From Dehalococcoidia bacterium (GTDB lineage: Bacteria; Chloroflexota; Dehalococcoidia; UBA2979), in contig JAQWMB010000007.1 of assembly GCA_029246995.1 (NCBI GenBank), positions 51,575 through 115,574 of the forward strand: a stretch of DNA of 64,000 nt, written 5' to 3'. Positions 20,801 through 29,734 of this stretch are shown here, in pieces (position 1 is the first letter of the stretch; each line of letters opens with the position of its first letter). Below the pieces are notes generated by a model. The model did no database searches. It worked only from the letters and a program-made list of their open reading frames with translations, and was not told the DNA's origin. Both the position numbers and the translations under genes were made by a program.

Positions 20801-20976
20801 TTTTCTTCTACTTCTATCAAATGAATAACTGTTTTTACCATACCTCGAATAACAGGAGTGTCGTCATGAGTAACCTGATCATTAATACGCTTTAAACCTA
20901 GTCTTCTGATAGTACTCCTATGATTAGGCTTACTACCAATAACAGATCTTTTTTGTGTGATTATTAACTTAACCAT
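20797..20976 (-). CDS. rpmD: 50S ribosomal protein L30
   Basis: Hand-translated 59 aa MVKLIITQKRSVIGSKPNHRSTIRRLGLKRINDQVTHDDTPVIRGMVKTVIHLIEVEEK. ATGA overlap with rplO. Absent from the ORF track because it is shorter than 60 aa. Confidence 0.75.
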   Translation of the reverse strand: MVKLIITQKRSVIGSKPNHRSTIRRLGLKRINDQVTHDDTPVIRGMVKTVIHLIEVEEK

Positions 20977-21016
20977 TAAACACTCTCTTTACTCTATTCT
21001 CATTAACTAATTCTCA

Positions 21017-21544
21017 TTAACTACTTTTCTGCATTTTTGCTTGCTCTAAACGATTTTTTGTTGCTAATTTTGGATCTCTAATTGCCTTCAAGGCTTTTAT
21101 TGTTGCAGTTACTAAATTAATTGGATTATTAGAACCTAGAGATTTAGATAAAACATTCACGATACCTGCTGCTTCTAAAACGGCTCTTACAGCACCTCCA
21201 GCAATTAAACCAGTACCTTCCGATGCAGGACGAAGAATTACTTTTGATGCTTTATAGCTAGCTCGCATTTCATGAGCTAAAGTACCATTATTAATTGCAA
21301 CTTCGAACATCGTACTTCTTGCTATACTACTAGCTTTCTTTATCGCATCAGGTACTTCATTTGCTTTTCCATAACCATAGCCAACTTGTCCTTGACCATT
21401 ACCTACTACAACTAAAGCAGTAAAGGAAAAGTGCCTACCTCCCTTTATAACTTTTGCTACTCTATTAAGAGCAACAATTTTTTCTACAAGATTATCCCCT
21501 TCATCGTTCTTATCAATGATATCTTTTTTATTTTTATCAGCCAT
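21017..21544 (-). CDS. rpsE: 30S ribosomal protein S5
   Basis: 175 aa, uS5. Confidence 0.9.
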   Translation of the reverse strand: MADKNKKDIIDKNDEGDNLVEKIVALNRVAKVIKGGRHFSFTALVVVGNGQGQVGYGYGKANEVPDAIKKASSIARSTMFEVAINNGTLAHEMRASYKASKVILRPASEGTGLIAGGAVRAVLEAAGIVNVLSKSLGSNNPINLVTATIKALKAIRDPKLATKNRLEQAKMQKSS

Positions 21545-21891
21545 TAAAAAATTAACCCTTCCTCACGAGCAGCATCTGCAAGTGCTTGTATTCTTCCAGT
21601 ATATCTATAACCACTAGTATCAAAAACAATTTTTTCTATACCAATTTTTTTTGCATTTTTTGCAATAGAACTTCCAACAATTTGAGCCTTAGACATATTA
21701 TTGCCATCTTTGATATTTTTATCATCTGCAGCAGTTAGTGTGTTCCCACTTGAATCATCAATGAGTTGAGCATAAATATATTTGTTAGAACGAAAAATTG
21801 ATAGTCGTGGCATTATTGAAGTACCATTAACTTTTTTTCGTACTCGCATCTTTCTTGTATTTCTAAGTTGTTTTCTTGATTTAATTGTCAT
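21544..21891 (-). CDS. rplR: 50S ribosomal protein L18
   Basis: 115 aa, uL18. Confidence 0.9.
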   Translation of the reverse strand: MTIKSRKQLRNTRKMRVRKKVNGTSIMPRLSIFRSNKYIYAQLIDDSSGNTLTAADDKNIKDGNNMSKAQIVGSSIAKNAKKIGIEKIVFDTSGYRYTGRIQALADAAREEGLIF

Positions 21892-21893
21892 AT

Positions 21894-22442
21894 TTATTCA
21901 CCAGCAGATGCCTTAGCCTTTCCTGCTTTCCTTCTAACATATTCACCTTCATAACGAACACCTTTGCCTCCATAAGGTTCTGGAGGCCTAATTTTTCTAA
22001 TTGATGCTGCTTGTTGACCCACTGCTTGCTTGCTAATGCCAGTTACAAGAATTGTATTCTGATCTGGAACTTCAAAGCTTATACCTTCTAAAGGTTCCAA
22101 TTCAACCTGATGTGAAAAACCAAGATTTAGAACTAGCTTTGAACCTGATATTTGTGCTCTGTAGCCTGTTCCTATTATCTTTAATCTTTTTTCAAAACCA
22201 GATGAAACACCTTCAATCATATTTGCAATTAGACTTCTACAAAGTCCATGAAAAGCACGCGCTCTTGAATTATTCTCAGAACGACCTAAGGTTAACTGAT
22301 TATCATTTTTTGTCATGGTTATCCCTGGCATGAGATCATAGTTAAGCTCCCCTTTTGGGCCATTAACTTTTATATTCAATCCCTGGATTTCAATACTAAC
22401 TCCTTCAGGAATTATTATTGGCATTTTACCTATTCTTGACAT
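21894..22442 (-). CDS. rplF: 50S ribosomal protein L6
   Basis: 182 aa, uL6. Confidence 0.9.
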   Translation of the reverse strand: MSRIGKMPIIIPEGVSIEIQGLNIKVNGPKGELNYDLMPGITMTKNDNQLTLGRSENNSRARAFHGLCRSLIANMIEGVSSGFEKRLKIIGTGYRAQISGSKLVLNLGFSHQVELEPLEGISFEVPDQNTILVTGISKQAVGQQAASIRKIRPPEPYGGKGVRYEGEYVRRKAGKAKASAGE

Positions 22443-22460
22443 ATCAACTCCATTATTTCA

Positions 22461-22859
22461 TTACCAAACATAACCAAGGATTTCTCCACCAATTTTTCTC
22501 TTCCATGCTTCCTTATCAGACATAACTCCTTGAGAAGTACTAATTAATGCTATACCTAAGCCACCTAAAACTCTTGGGATTTCGCCTTTTTTAACATACA
22601 CCCTTAAGCCAGGCTTAGAAACGCGTTTAATGCCTTCAATAATTGCTTTATCATCTTGGCCATATGTTAATTTTAGTTTTAATGCTGAACTGCTGCCTGC
22701 ATTAGCCTCTTTAATATCTGACAAAAAACCTTCTGAAAGTAAAACATTTGCAACGGAACGTTTAACATTTGATGCAGGGACATCAACCCAATCATGTTGG
22801 GCTGCTGCTGCATTTCTAATTCTTGTAAACATATCTGCTATTGGATCATTCAATGACAT
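22461..22859 (-). CDS. rpsH: 30S ribosomal protein S8
   Basis: 132 aa, uS8. Confidence 0.9.
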   Translation of the reverse strand: MSLNDPIADMFTRIRNAAAAQHDWVDVPASNVKRSVANVLLSEGFLSDIKEANAGSSSALKLKLTYGQDDKAIIEGIKRVSKPGLRVYVKKGEIPRVLGGLGIALISTSQGVMSDKEAWKRKIGGEILGYVW

Positions 22860-22884
22860 TTTTATCCTACCTTAAAAATAAATA

Positions 22885-23088
22885 CTACCAAGAAGCCTTC
22901 TTAACACCTGGCAATTTGCCTTCATTAGCTAATTTCCTAAAACATATTCTACACATTCCAAATTTTCTCATATAACCCCTAGCTCGACCGCAGGGCTTAT
23001 CACCAAATCTAACTGGACAACGATTCACTGCTCTTACCTTATATTTTGGTTTTTTTAAGGCCGCAGCTATTAAAGATGTTCTTGCCAT
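22885..23088 (-). CDS. rpsZ: 30S ribosomal protein S14 type Z (short, Zn-binding C4)
   Basis: 67 aa with four Cys ([28 protein letters not shown]). Confidence 0.9.
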   Translation of the reverse strand: MARTSLIAAALKKPKYKVRAVNRCPVRFGDKPCGRARGYMRKFGMCRICFRKLANEGKLPGVKKASW

Positions 23089-23090
23089 AT

Positions 23091-23654
23091 TTAACTCCCC
23101 TTCGTCTCAAAAGGCATATTTAATAATTCTAATAATTTTTTACCTTCTTCATCTGTATTGGCTGTTGTAATGATATTTACTTGAAAGCCTCTTACTCTAT
23201 CTAGTCCCTGTATATCAATATCAGGAAAGATGATATGCTCACGTATTCCAAGAGAATAATTTCCATGACCGTCAAAAGAATTACCAGAAACTCCTCTAAA
23301 ATCTCTCGTTCTTGGCAGAGCAATATTTACTAATCGATCATAGAAATCCCACATTCTATTACCACGCAGTGTAACCATCAAGCCAATGGCATTGCCCTCT
23401 CTAATTTTAAAATTTGATATAGCTTTTTTTGCTCGAGTAATAATTGGCTTTTGCCCTGAAATTTTTGTAATATCTTTTATGGAAGATTCCATAGCTTTAT
23501 TATTAGTTACTGCTTCACCTAAGCCCATATTAATAGCTATTTTGACTATATTTGGTACAGCAAGCAAATTTATATAACCATAGTCAGCAATCAATGCTTT
23601 TTGAACATCATCGATATAAGTTTGTTTCATTCTTGGAATATAGTTAGTTTTCAA
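23091..23654 (-). CDS. rplE: 50S ribosomal protein L5
   Basis: 187 aa, uL5. Confidence 0.9.
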   Translation of the reverse strand: MKTNYIPRMKQTYIDDVQKALIADYGYINLLAVPNIVKIAINMGLGEAVTNNKAMESSIKDITKISGQKPIITRAKKAISNFKIREGNAIGLMVTLRGNRMWDFYDRLVNIALPRTRDFRGVSGNSFDGHGNYSLGIREHIIFPDIDIQGLDRVRGFQVNIITTANTDEEGKKLLELLNMPFETKGS

Positions 23655-23974
23655 TCTATTACCTCATTACAATTTTTTCTTTTACAAAATCTTACTTTTT
23701 TACCAGTATTTAATTTTTTAAATCCAACACGAGTAGGTTCATTACAAGATGGACAAATAATTTTTAAATTAGAACAATTTATCAAGGATTCTTTTTCAAT
23801 AATACCTCCAGGATCAGACGCACTCCTGGGAGCTTGATGCTTTTTTATAATATTTATTCCACTCACTAAAGCACGATTAGTGTCCGAATCAAGGGATATG
23901 ATTTGACCCTGCCTACCAACATCCTTACCAGCAATCACATAGACATTATCATTTAGCTTCATTTTAGCAACCAT
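23651..23974 (-). CDS. rplX: 50S ribosomal protein L24 (C-terminus carries CxxC...CxxxxC)
   Basis: 107 aa with a KOW motif. C-terminal ICPSCNEPTRVGFKKLNTGKKVRFCKRKNC. Confidence 0.85.
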   Translation of the reverse strand: MVAKMKLNDNVYVIAGKDVGRQGQIISLDSDTNRALVSGINIIKKHQAPRSASDPGGIIEKESLINCSNLKIICPSCNEPTRVGFKKLNTGKKVRFCKRKNCNEVID

Positions 23975-24346
23975 TTATAATACCTCCTGTGCAAGTGAAA
24001 CAATCCGCATGAAATTTTTTTCTCTCAATTCACGAGCAACTGGTCCAAAAATTCGAGTTCCTTTAGGATTACCGTCATCATCATTTAATATGACAGCAGC
24101 ATTTTCATCGAAGGCGATTGAAGAACCATCTGAACGCTGCATTTTATTTTTTGTACGTACTATAACTGCTTTAATAATTTCCCCTTTTTGTACATTAGAA
24201 TTTGGCTGAGCATCTTTGACAGAAGCTACAATTAAATCACCAACTCGAGCATATCGCCTTCTAGTTCCACCAAGCACCCTAATACATAAGATTTCTCGAG
24301 CACCAGAATTATCAGCAACTTTAAGTCTTGATTCTTGTTGTATCAT
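23975..24346 (-). CDS. rplN: 50S ribosomal protein L14
   Basis: 123 aa, uL14. Confidence 0.9.
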   Translation of the reverse strand: MIQQESRLKVADNSGAREILCIRVLGGTRRRYARVGDLIVASVKDAQPNSNVQKGEIIKAVIVRTKNKMQRSDGSSIAFDENAAVILNDDDGNPKGTRIFGPVARELREKNFMRIVSLAQEVL

Positions 24347-24811
24347 CTAACTCAAATCCTTACTTGCATCTTCTTCACTTGCGTCTTCTTCACTTGCATC
24401 TTCTTCACTTGCATCTTCTTCACTTGCATCTTCTTCACTTGCATCTTCTTCACTATTTATATTGCTAACTTCATCTATTTGTTTTTTGGCAGATTGCTCA
24501 ATCTCAGCAACTAAACTTGAATCAATCTCAGTTGCGGCAATACCAGCAACATCTCTGTCAGTAACGACTTCAACTAATTTCCATCTTTTATTTTTACTAA
24601 TTGGAATAGTTTCTTCTATTCGAACAATATCGCCAATTGTTGCTTGATTTTCTGGATCATGCACTTGATATTTTTTAGTTCTCTTTAAAACTTTATGATA
24701 GATTGGATGACGTACATTTCTAACAACACTTACAACAACAGTCTTCTGTAACTTATCAGAAACTACCAATCCAATACGAGATTTTCTATTTTTGATTTCT
24801 GCATCTTTCAT
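24347..24811 (-). CDS. rpsQ: 30S ribosomal protein S17 with C-terminal (EEDAS)x6 acidic repeat tail
   Basis: Core MKDAEIKNRKSRIGLVVSDKLQKTVVV... Start placed at the ATG at 24811, which has a GGAAAG SD 7 nt upstream. The ORF-track start at 24826 is a TTG. Confidence 0.85.
   Translation of the reverse strand: MKDAEIKNRKSRIGLVVSDKLQKTVVVSVVRNVRHPIYHKVLKRTKKYQVHDPENQATIGDIVRIEETIPISKNKRWKLVEVVTDRDVAGIAATEIDSSLVAEIEQSAKKQIDEVSNINSEEDASEEDASEEDASEEDASEEDASEEDASKDLS
24364..24453. repeat. 6 x 15-bp in-frame tandem repeat (cttgcatcttcttca) encoding (EEDAS)6 at the rpsQ 3' end
   Basis: Direct reading of the sequence. One unit has a single A>G difference. Confidence 0.9.
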
Positions 24812-24828
24812 ATTCATTCTTTCCAAAT

Positions 24829-25026
24829 TTAATTACTTGTTTGTTTAATTAATGTTCTTAACAATGCTATTTTTCTTCTTGCCTTACTAACCTGAGATAC
24901 ATCAGCAAGTTGACCAGTCGACACTTTTGTACGTAAAGAAAATAACTCTTCAATCGTAGATTCTAATTCTTCCACTAATTTATCATTTTTTAACTTTCGC
25001 ATTTCTTCTACTAATTTTTTAGACAT
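24829..25026 (-). CDS. rpmC: 50S ribosomal protein L29
   Basis: 65 aa, uL29. Confidence 0.85.
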   Translation of the reverse strand: MSKKLVEEMRKLKNDKLVEELESTIEELFSLRTKVSTGQLADVSQVSKARRKIALLRTLIKQTSN

Positions 25027-25442
25027 TAAAACTCTTCTTCCCTAGCAATGAATTTTGTTTTAACTGGTAATTTATGATGGGCTTTTCTAAAAGCTTCTCG
25101 AGCTATCGATTCATCTACCCCTGCAATTTCAAACATTACTTTTCCTCTTTTAACAACTGCTACCCATCTATCAGTGGCACCTTTTCCTTTACCCATTCTG
25201 ACTTCAACTGGCTTTGCAGAAACCGGTTTATCTGGAAATACTCTTATCCAAACTTTTCCACCTCTCTGTAAAGTTTGAACAATTACTCTACGCGCAGCTT
25301 CAATTTGACGGGCATCAACCCAAGCATTATCTAAAGATTGAAGACCAAACTCACCAAAAGCAACACTGTTGCCGGACATAGCCATTCCACGTCTTTTGCC
25401 TCTAAACTGCTTTCTATATTTTGTTCTCTTGGGCATTAACAT
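25026..25442 (-). CDS. rplP: 50S ribosomal protein L16
   Basis: 138 aa, uL16. Confidence 0.9.
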   Translation of the reverse strand: MLMPKRTKYRKQFRGKRRGMAMSGNSVAFGEFGLQSLDNAWVDARQIEAARRVIVQTLQRGGKVWIRVFPDKPVSAKPVEVRMGKGKGATDRWVAVVKRGKVMFEIAGVDESIAREAFRKAHHKLPVKTKFIAREEEF

Positions 25443-25445
25443 AAT

Positions 25446-26111
25446 TTATTCCTCTGATTCCAAATTTAAATCTGCTTCAATGAAATTATGTGATAAATCA
25501 CCTTTATAAATCCAAGATTTGATTCCAATTAAACCGTATGTAGTATGGGCTTCAGCAAATCCATAATCAATATTTGCTTTTAATGTATGTAAAGGAACTC
25601 TTCCTTGCATTTCATGCTCGCTTCTTGACATTTCTGCGCCACCAAGCCTGCCACTAATTTTGATTTTACAACCCAAAGCACCTCTTTGCATGGCACGTTG
25701 CACTCCTTGTTTCATTGCTCTTCTAAAAGCAACTCTTTTTTCCAATTGCTCTGCTACATTTCCTGCTACAAGAACAGCATCAAGTTCAGGTATTCTAATC
25801 TCTTTAATATTTAATTTCACTTTCTTTGCTGATGCTAATTCGAGATCTTTTCTGATTTTTTCTGCATTTTGACCACCACGTCCAATTACAATTCCAGGTC
25901 GAGATGCTTGAATAGTAATAACAATATCATTGGCATTTCTGTCAATAATTACTTTTGATATACCAGCCTCTCTTCCAGATTTTTCTATAATTTTTCTTAA
26001 TTCAACATCCTCATTAGCTAATTCAGCATAGTTATTACTACTAAACCATTTAGACTGCCAGTCTTTCGTTACGCCAACTCTAAATCCATAAGGATGTACT
26101 TTTCTTCCCAT
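25446..26111 (-). CDS. rpsC: 30S ribosomal protein S3
   Basis: 221 aa, uS3 KH domain. Confidence 0.9.
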   Translation of the reverse strand: MGRKVHPYGFRVGVTKDWQSKWFSSNNYAELANEDVELRKIIEKSGREAGISKVIIDRNANDIVITIQASRPGIVIGRGGQNAEKIRKDLELASAKKVKLNIKEIRIPELDAVLVAGNVAEQLEKRVAFRRAMKQGVQRAMQRGALGCKIKISGRLGGAEMSRSEHEMQGRVPLHTLKANIDYGFAEAHTTYGLIGIKSWIYKGDLSHNFIEADLNLESEE

Positions 26112-26449
26112 TATTTTATCTCTTCCTCAACAATAATATTTATATGACTATAGCGCTTCAATCTAGGAGCTGTTCGACCTCTTGAACGTGCTTTAAATCT
26201 CTTTAATGTTCTACCTTCGTCAGCATAAGCTTTCTTAATAATAAGATTTTCTGTAGGAATCCCCTTATTATTTTTAGCATTTGCAACAGCTGAAAGAATC
26301 ACGTTTCTTACTAATCTAGCAGATTTATGAGGTAACACATCTAATATGTCATAGGCATCATTTACCTTTTGTCCTCGAACTGAATCAAGAACTAATCTCA
26401 CTTTTCTTGGTGCAATAGGCTGATTAAATGCCTTTGCTATCACTTCCAT
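26111..26449 (-). CDS. rplV: 50S ribosomal protein L22
   Basis: 112 aa, uL22. Confidence 0.9.
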   Translation of the reverse strand: MEVIAKAFNQPIAPRKVRLVLDSVRGQKVNDAYDILDVLPHKSARLVRNVILSAVANAKNNKGIPTENLIIKKAYADEGRTLKRFKARSRGRTAPRLKRYSHINIIVEEEIK

Positions 26450-26460
26450 AAATCCTCTTC

Positions 26461-26730
26461 CTAAATATCAACCTTGGTATTATGACCTCTAAATGTTCTC
26501 GTAAATGCGAACTCTCCTAGTTTATGCCCAACCATATTTTCAGACAAGTAGATTGGAATATGTCTATGTCCATCATAAACTCCAATTGTTAACCCAACCA
26601 TTTCAGGCATGACTGTAGAAGAACGAGACCAAGTCTTAATTACTTCTTTATTACCTGATTTTTGGGCATCAAGAATTTTCTTTAATAACTTCTCATCTAC
26701 AAAAGGGCCTTTTTTAGTGGAACGTGACAT
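26461..26730 (-). CDS. rpsS: 30S ribosomal protein S19
   Basis: 89 aa, uS19. Confidence 0.9.
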   Translation of the reverse strand: MSRSTKKGPFVDEKLLKKILDAQKSGNKEVIKTWSRSSTVMPEMVGLTIGVYDGHRHIPIYLSENMVGHKLGEFAFTRTFRGHNTKVDI

Positions 26731-26740
26731 AAATAATCTC

Positions 26741-27577
26741 CTACCTTCTTCCTTGGTTTCTTCTTCGTACTATAAATACGTTGCTACTCTTATTCTTTTT
26801 TCTAGTTTTAAAACCTAATGCAGGTTTACCCCAAGGAGTCTTAGGACCAGGCAAACCAATTGGTGATTTACCCTCACCACCACCATGTGGATGATCGTTA
26901 GGATTCATCACAGAACCACGTACTTGTGGTCTTCTGCCTCTATGACGATTTCTCCCAGCCTTACCTAGTTTTAGTTGAGCAGATTCCGCATTACCTACTG
27001 CACCAATTGTTGCATTACATCTCTCCAGAACTCTACGAATTTCACCTGATGGTAGTCTTAATAAAGCATATCCACTTTCTTTTGCAATTAATCTAATAGC
27101 TGCACCAGCTGAACGACCGAGTTGTGCTCCTTTTCCAGGCTCCATTTCAATAGCATGCAAAATAGTTCCTAAAGGAATTTTCTGTAAAGGTAAACAATTA
27201 CCCAAAGAAATTGGTGCCTCCGGAGATGAAATAATCTCATCACCAATATTTAATCCATCTGGAGACAGAATATAACGCTTTTCTCCATCGACATAGTTAA
27301 CCAGAGCAATACGTGCTGTTCTCGATGGATCGTATTCAATTGATGCAATAAAACCTGGTATATCTATTTTAGTTCTTGTAAAATCTATAATTCTGATACG
27401 TCTTTTATGCCCACCGCCACGGTGCCTAATAGATATTTTTCCTCTTGATCTACCAGCATTTTTCTTCTTAGAAACTAATAGATTTTTTTCAGGTTTCTTT
27501 TTAGTGATTTCAGTAAATGAATGACCACTTGAATTCCTTCTACCAGGAGAAGTTGGTTTGTATAATTTCATTGCCAT
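26741..27577 (-). CDS. rplB: 50S ribosomal protein L2
   Basis: 278 aa, uL2. Confidence 0.9.
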   Translation of the reverse strand: MAMKLYKPTSPGRRNSSGHSFTEITKKKPEKNLLVSKKKNAGRSRGKISIRHRGGGHKRRIRIIDFTRTKIDIPGFIASIEYDPSRTARIALVNYVDGEKRYILSPDGLNIGDEIISSPEAPISLGNCLPLQKIPLGTILHAIEMEPGKGAQLGRSAGAAIRLIAKESGYALLRLPSGEIRRVLERCNATIGAVGNAESAQLKLGKAGRNRHRGRRPQVRGSVMNPNDHPHGGGEGKSPIGLPGPKTPWGKPALGFKTRKKNKSSNVFIVRRRNQGRR

Positions 27578-27874
27578 TTATAAGCCCTCAAATATATTGA
27601 TTTCATCGCCATCTTTTAAGCTAACTATTGCCTTTTTCCAATCAGGTTTTTTAGCAATTTTATTACCACGCTTTTTAGCTTTTCCTTTTACAACGCTAAT
27701 ATTAACAGCAGTGACCTCAACATCAAAAGCTGCTTCAATTGCTTTTTTTACTTCAATTTTATTTGCAAATTTTGCAACTTTAAACGAATATTTTCCTAAA
27801 GATGCTTGGTTGGTAGTTTTTTCTGTAACTAAAGGTTTCTGAAGAATATTCACACGTTTATTATAATTTTTCAT
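27578..27874 (-). CDS. rplW: 50S ribosomal protein L23
   Basis: 98 aa, uL23. Confidence 0.9.
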   Translation of the reverse strand: MKNYNKRVNILQKPLVTEKTTNQASLGKYSFKVAKFANKIEVKKAIEAAFDVEVTAVNISVVKGKAKKRGNKIAKKPDWKKAIVSLKDGDEINIFEGL

Positions 27875-27878
27875 GAAT

Positions 27879-28538
27879 CTATCCTTGAATTTCTTTACGT
27901 CTTATAATATTTGTATTGAGCCTTGATTCAAGCAAATCTACTGAATTCTTAAGTAGAACAACCCACTCATTTTGTAATAAATCATAAACGCTTACTCTTT
28001 CTGCACTCATAACTGAAACTTTCGGAACATTTCTTGAAGAAAGAAAGAACTCCCTATTTAGCCCATGAGTTAATATTAAACAAGAAGAGTCAATATTTAA
28101 TTTAGATAGCATTGTAACAAAATCTTTTGTGGATGGTTTCGCATATTCACCATTAAAATCTAGTATGACTAATTTCTTAGCAAGCAACTTATCTGACAAC
28201 ATAGATTTAATTGCTTGACGATTCATTTGTTTCGGAATCTTTTTTCCAAAATTACGAGGTGAAGGGCCAAAGGTTACTCCACCGCCAACTTGTAAGGGCG
28301 ATTTAATAGAACCTTTTCTAGCAAGACCAAGACCTTTTTGTCTCCTAATTTTTCTTGTAGACCCTACAACCATTGACCTATTTTTTGTCGCTGCATTACC
28401 TGAACGTAAGTTTGCTCTTTGAGAAACAAATACCTGATGCACTAGTGAGTCATTTGGCTGGACACCAAAAATATTATCGTCAAGCTTGACTTTAGTTTTA
28501 GATATAGTCCCTTTAGGAGTATAGCAATCAATATTCAA
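27879..28538 (-). CDS. rplD: 50S ribosomal protein L4
   Basis: 219 aa, uL4. Confidence 0.9.
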   Translation of the reverse strand: MNIDCYTPKGTISKTKVKLDDNIFGVQPNDSLVHQVFVSQRANLRSGNAATKNRSMVVGSTRKIRRQKGLGLARKGSIKSPLQVGGGVTFGPSPRNFGKKIPKQMNRQAIKSMLSDKLLAKKLVILDFNGEYAKPSTKDFVTMLSKLNIDSSCLILTHGLNREFFLSSRNVPKVSVMSAERVSVYDLLQNEWVVLLKNSVDLLESRLNTNIIRRKEIQG

Positions 28539-29387
28539 TTAAATTTCCTTACTTTCATCTTGTTTTTCAGCTGGAGCTTCTTCTGCTGGAGCTTCTTCTG
28601 CTGGAGCTTCTTCTGCGGGAGCTTCTTCCGTTGCTACTTCTGGAGCTTCTTCTGCGGGTGCTTCTTCCGTTGCTACTTCTGGAGCTTCTTCTGCTTGAAC
28701 TTCTGCTGCTGAAGCTTCTTCCGCTGCTAAAGCAAGATCAATCAATTTCTGATTTGGTTTTTTTCTTGAATTTGTCACTTTAACAATACAGTTATTGTGT
28801 CCAGGGACAGAACCATTAACAAAAATAATATTATTCTCTAAATCAACTTTTACAACAAGTAAATTAAGATTTGTAACTAAGACATTGCCCATATGACCAG
28901 CCATTTTCTGACCTTTCCATACTCTTCCTGGTGTAGAACCTGCACCAATTGAACCAGGTGCACGATGACGGTCAGATTGACCGTGCGTTTTAGGTCCGCC
29001 ACGGAAATTCCATCTTTTTACGCCACCCGCAAAGCCTCGACCTTTAGATGTCGATGATACATTTATGTATTGACCTGTATTAATATCATTAATTGAAATT
29101 TCTTGGCCTAAATTATATGAATCAATATCATTGACTCTGAATTCAGATAATTTGTCAAAATCATTTTCAATGCCTGATTTTAACAAATGTCCTTTTTCAG
29201 CTTTTACCATTTTAGCTTTTTTCGTCTGAAAGCCAATTTGAACAGCATTGTATCCATCAATATCATTTGATTTTATTTGAGTGATTTTATTGACACCAAA
29301 TTCAATAGCAGTAACTGATCTTATATCACCGGCTAAGTCATATATTCTAGTCATTCCTATTTTTTTGCCTAACAAACCAATTTCCAT
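28539..29387 (-). CDS. rplC: 50S ribosomal protein L3 with a C-terminal A/E/P-rich tandem-repeat tail of about 70 aa
   Basis: Core ...GKKIGMTRIYD... Tail AEEASAAEVQAEEAPEVATEEAPAEEAPEVATEEAPAEEAPAEEAPAEEAPAEKQDESKEI. Confidence 0.9.
   Translation of the reverse strand: MEIGLLGKKIGMTRIYDLAGDIRSVTAIEFGVNKITQIKSNDIDGYNAVQIGFQTKKAKMVKAEKGHLLKSGIENDFDKLSEFRVNDIDSYNLGQEISINDINTGQYINVSSTSKGRGFAGGVKRWNFRGGPKTHGQSDRHRAPGSIGAGSTPGRVWKGQKMAGHMGNVLVTNLNLLVVKVDLENNIIFVNGSVPGHNNCIVKVTNSRKKPNQKLIDLALAAEEASAAEVQAEEAPEVATEEAPAEEAPEVATEEAPAEEAPAEEAPAEEAPAEKQDESKEI
28560..28710. repeat. 15-bp / 45-bp in-frame tandem repeats (gctggagcttcttct ...) encoding EEAPA/EEAPEVAT repeats at the rplC 3' end
   Basis: Direct reading. 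Several near-identical units. Confidence 0.85.
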
Positions 29388-29411
29388 TATTTACCTATTT
29401 CAATATTAAAT

Positions 29412-29720
29412 TTATAATTTTATTTCTATATCAACACCTGACGGAACTTGAAGTTTCATCAATGTATCAATAGTTGTAGACGATGGTTCCAAAATATCTA
29501 TAAGCCTCTTATGTGTTCTCATTTCAAACTGATCTCTAGAATCTTTATCGATAAAAGGTGAACGTAATACTGTATATTTTCTAATTCTAGTTGGCAAAGG
29601 TACTGGTCCCGATACAATAGCTCCAGTCCTTTCAGCAGACTCTACGATTTGTTGAGCTGAGATATCAAGAACACGATGGTCATATGCTTTTAATCTAATG
29701 CGAATTTTTTGCTTTGCCAT
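29412..29720 (-). CDS. rpsJ: 30S ribosomal protein S10
   Basis: [19 protein letters not shown]. 102 aa. Confidence 0.9.
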   Translation of the reverse strand: MAKQKIRIRLKAYDHRVLDISAQQIVESAERTGAIVSGPVPLPTRIRKYTVLRSPFIDKDSRDQFEMRTHKRLIDILEPSSTTIDTLMKLQVPSGVDIEIKL

Positions 29721-29734
29721 TATTATTCCTTATT

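Noticed and set aside
20801-21016. Apparent absence of rpmD, and an apparent 135-bp gap at 17144-17278 (absence of rpmJ)
   Set aside because: Both gaps contain hand-verified small CDSs (L30, 59 aa; L36, 37 aa) that are below the 60-aa cutoff of the ORF track.
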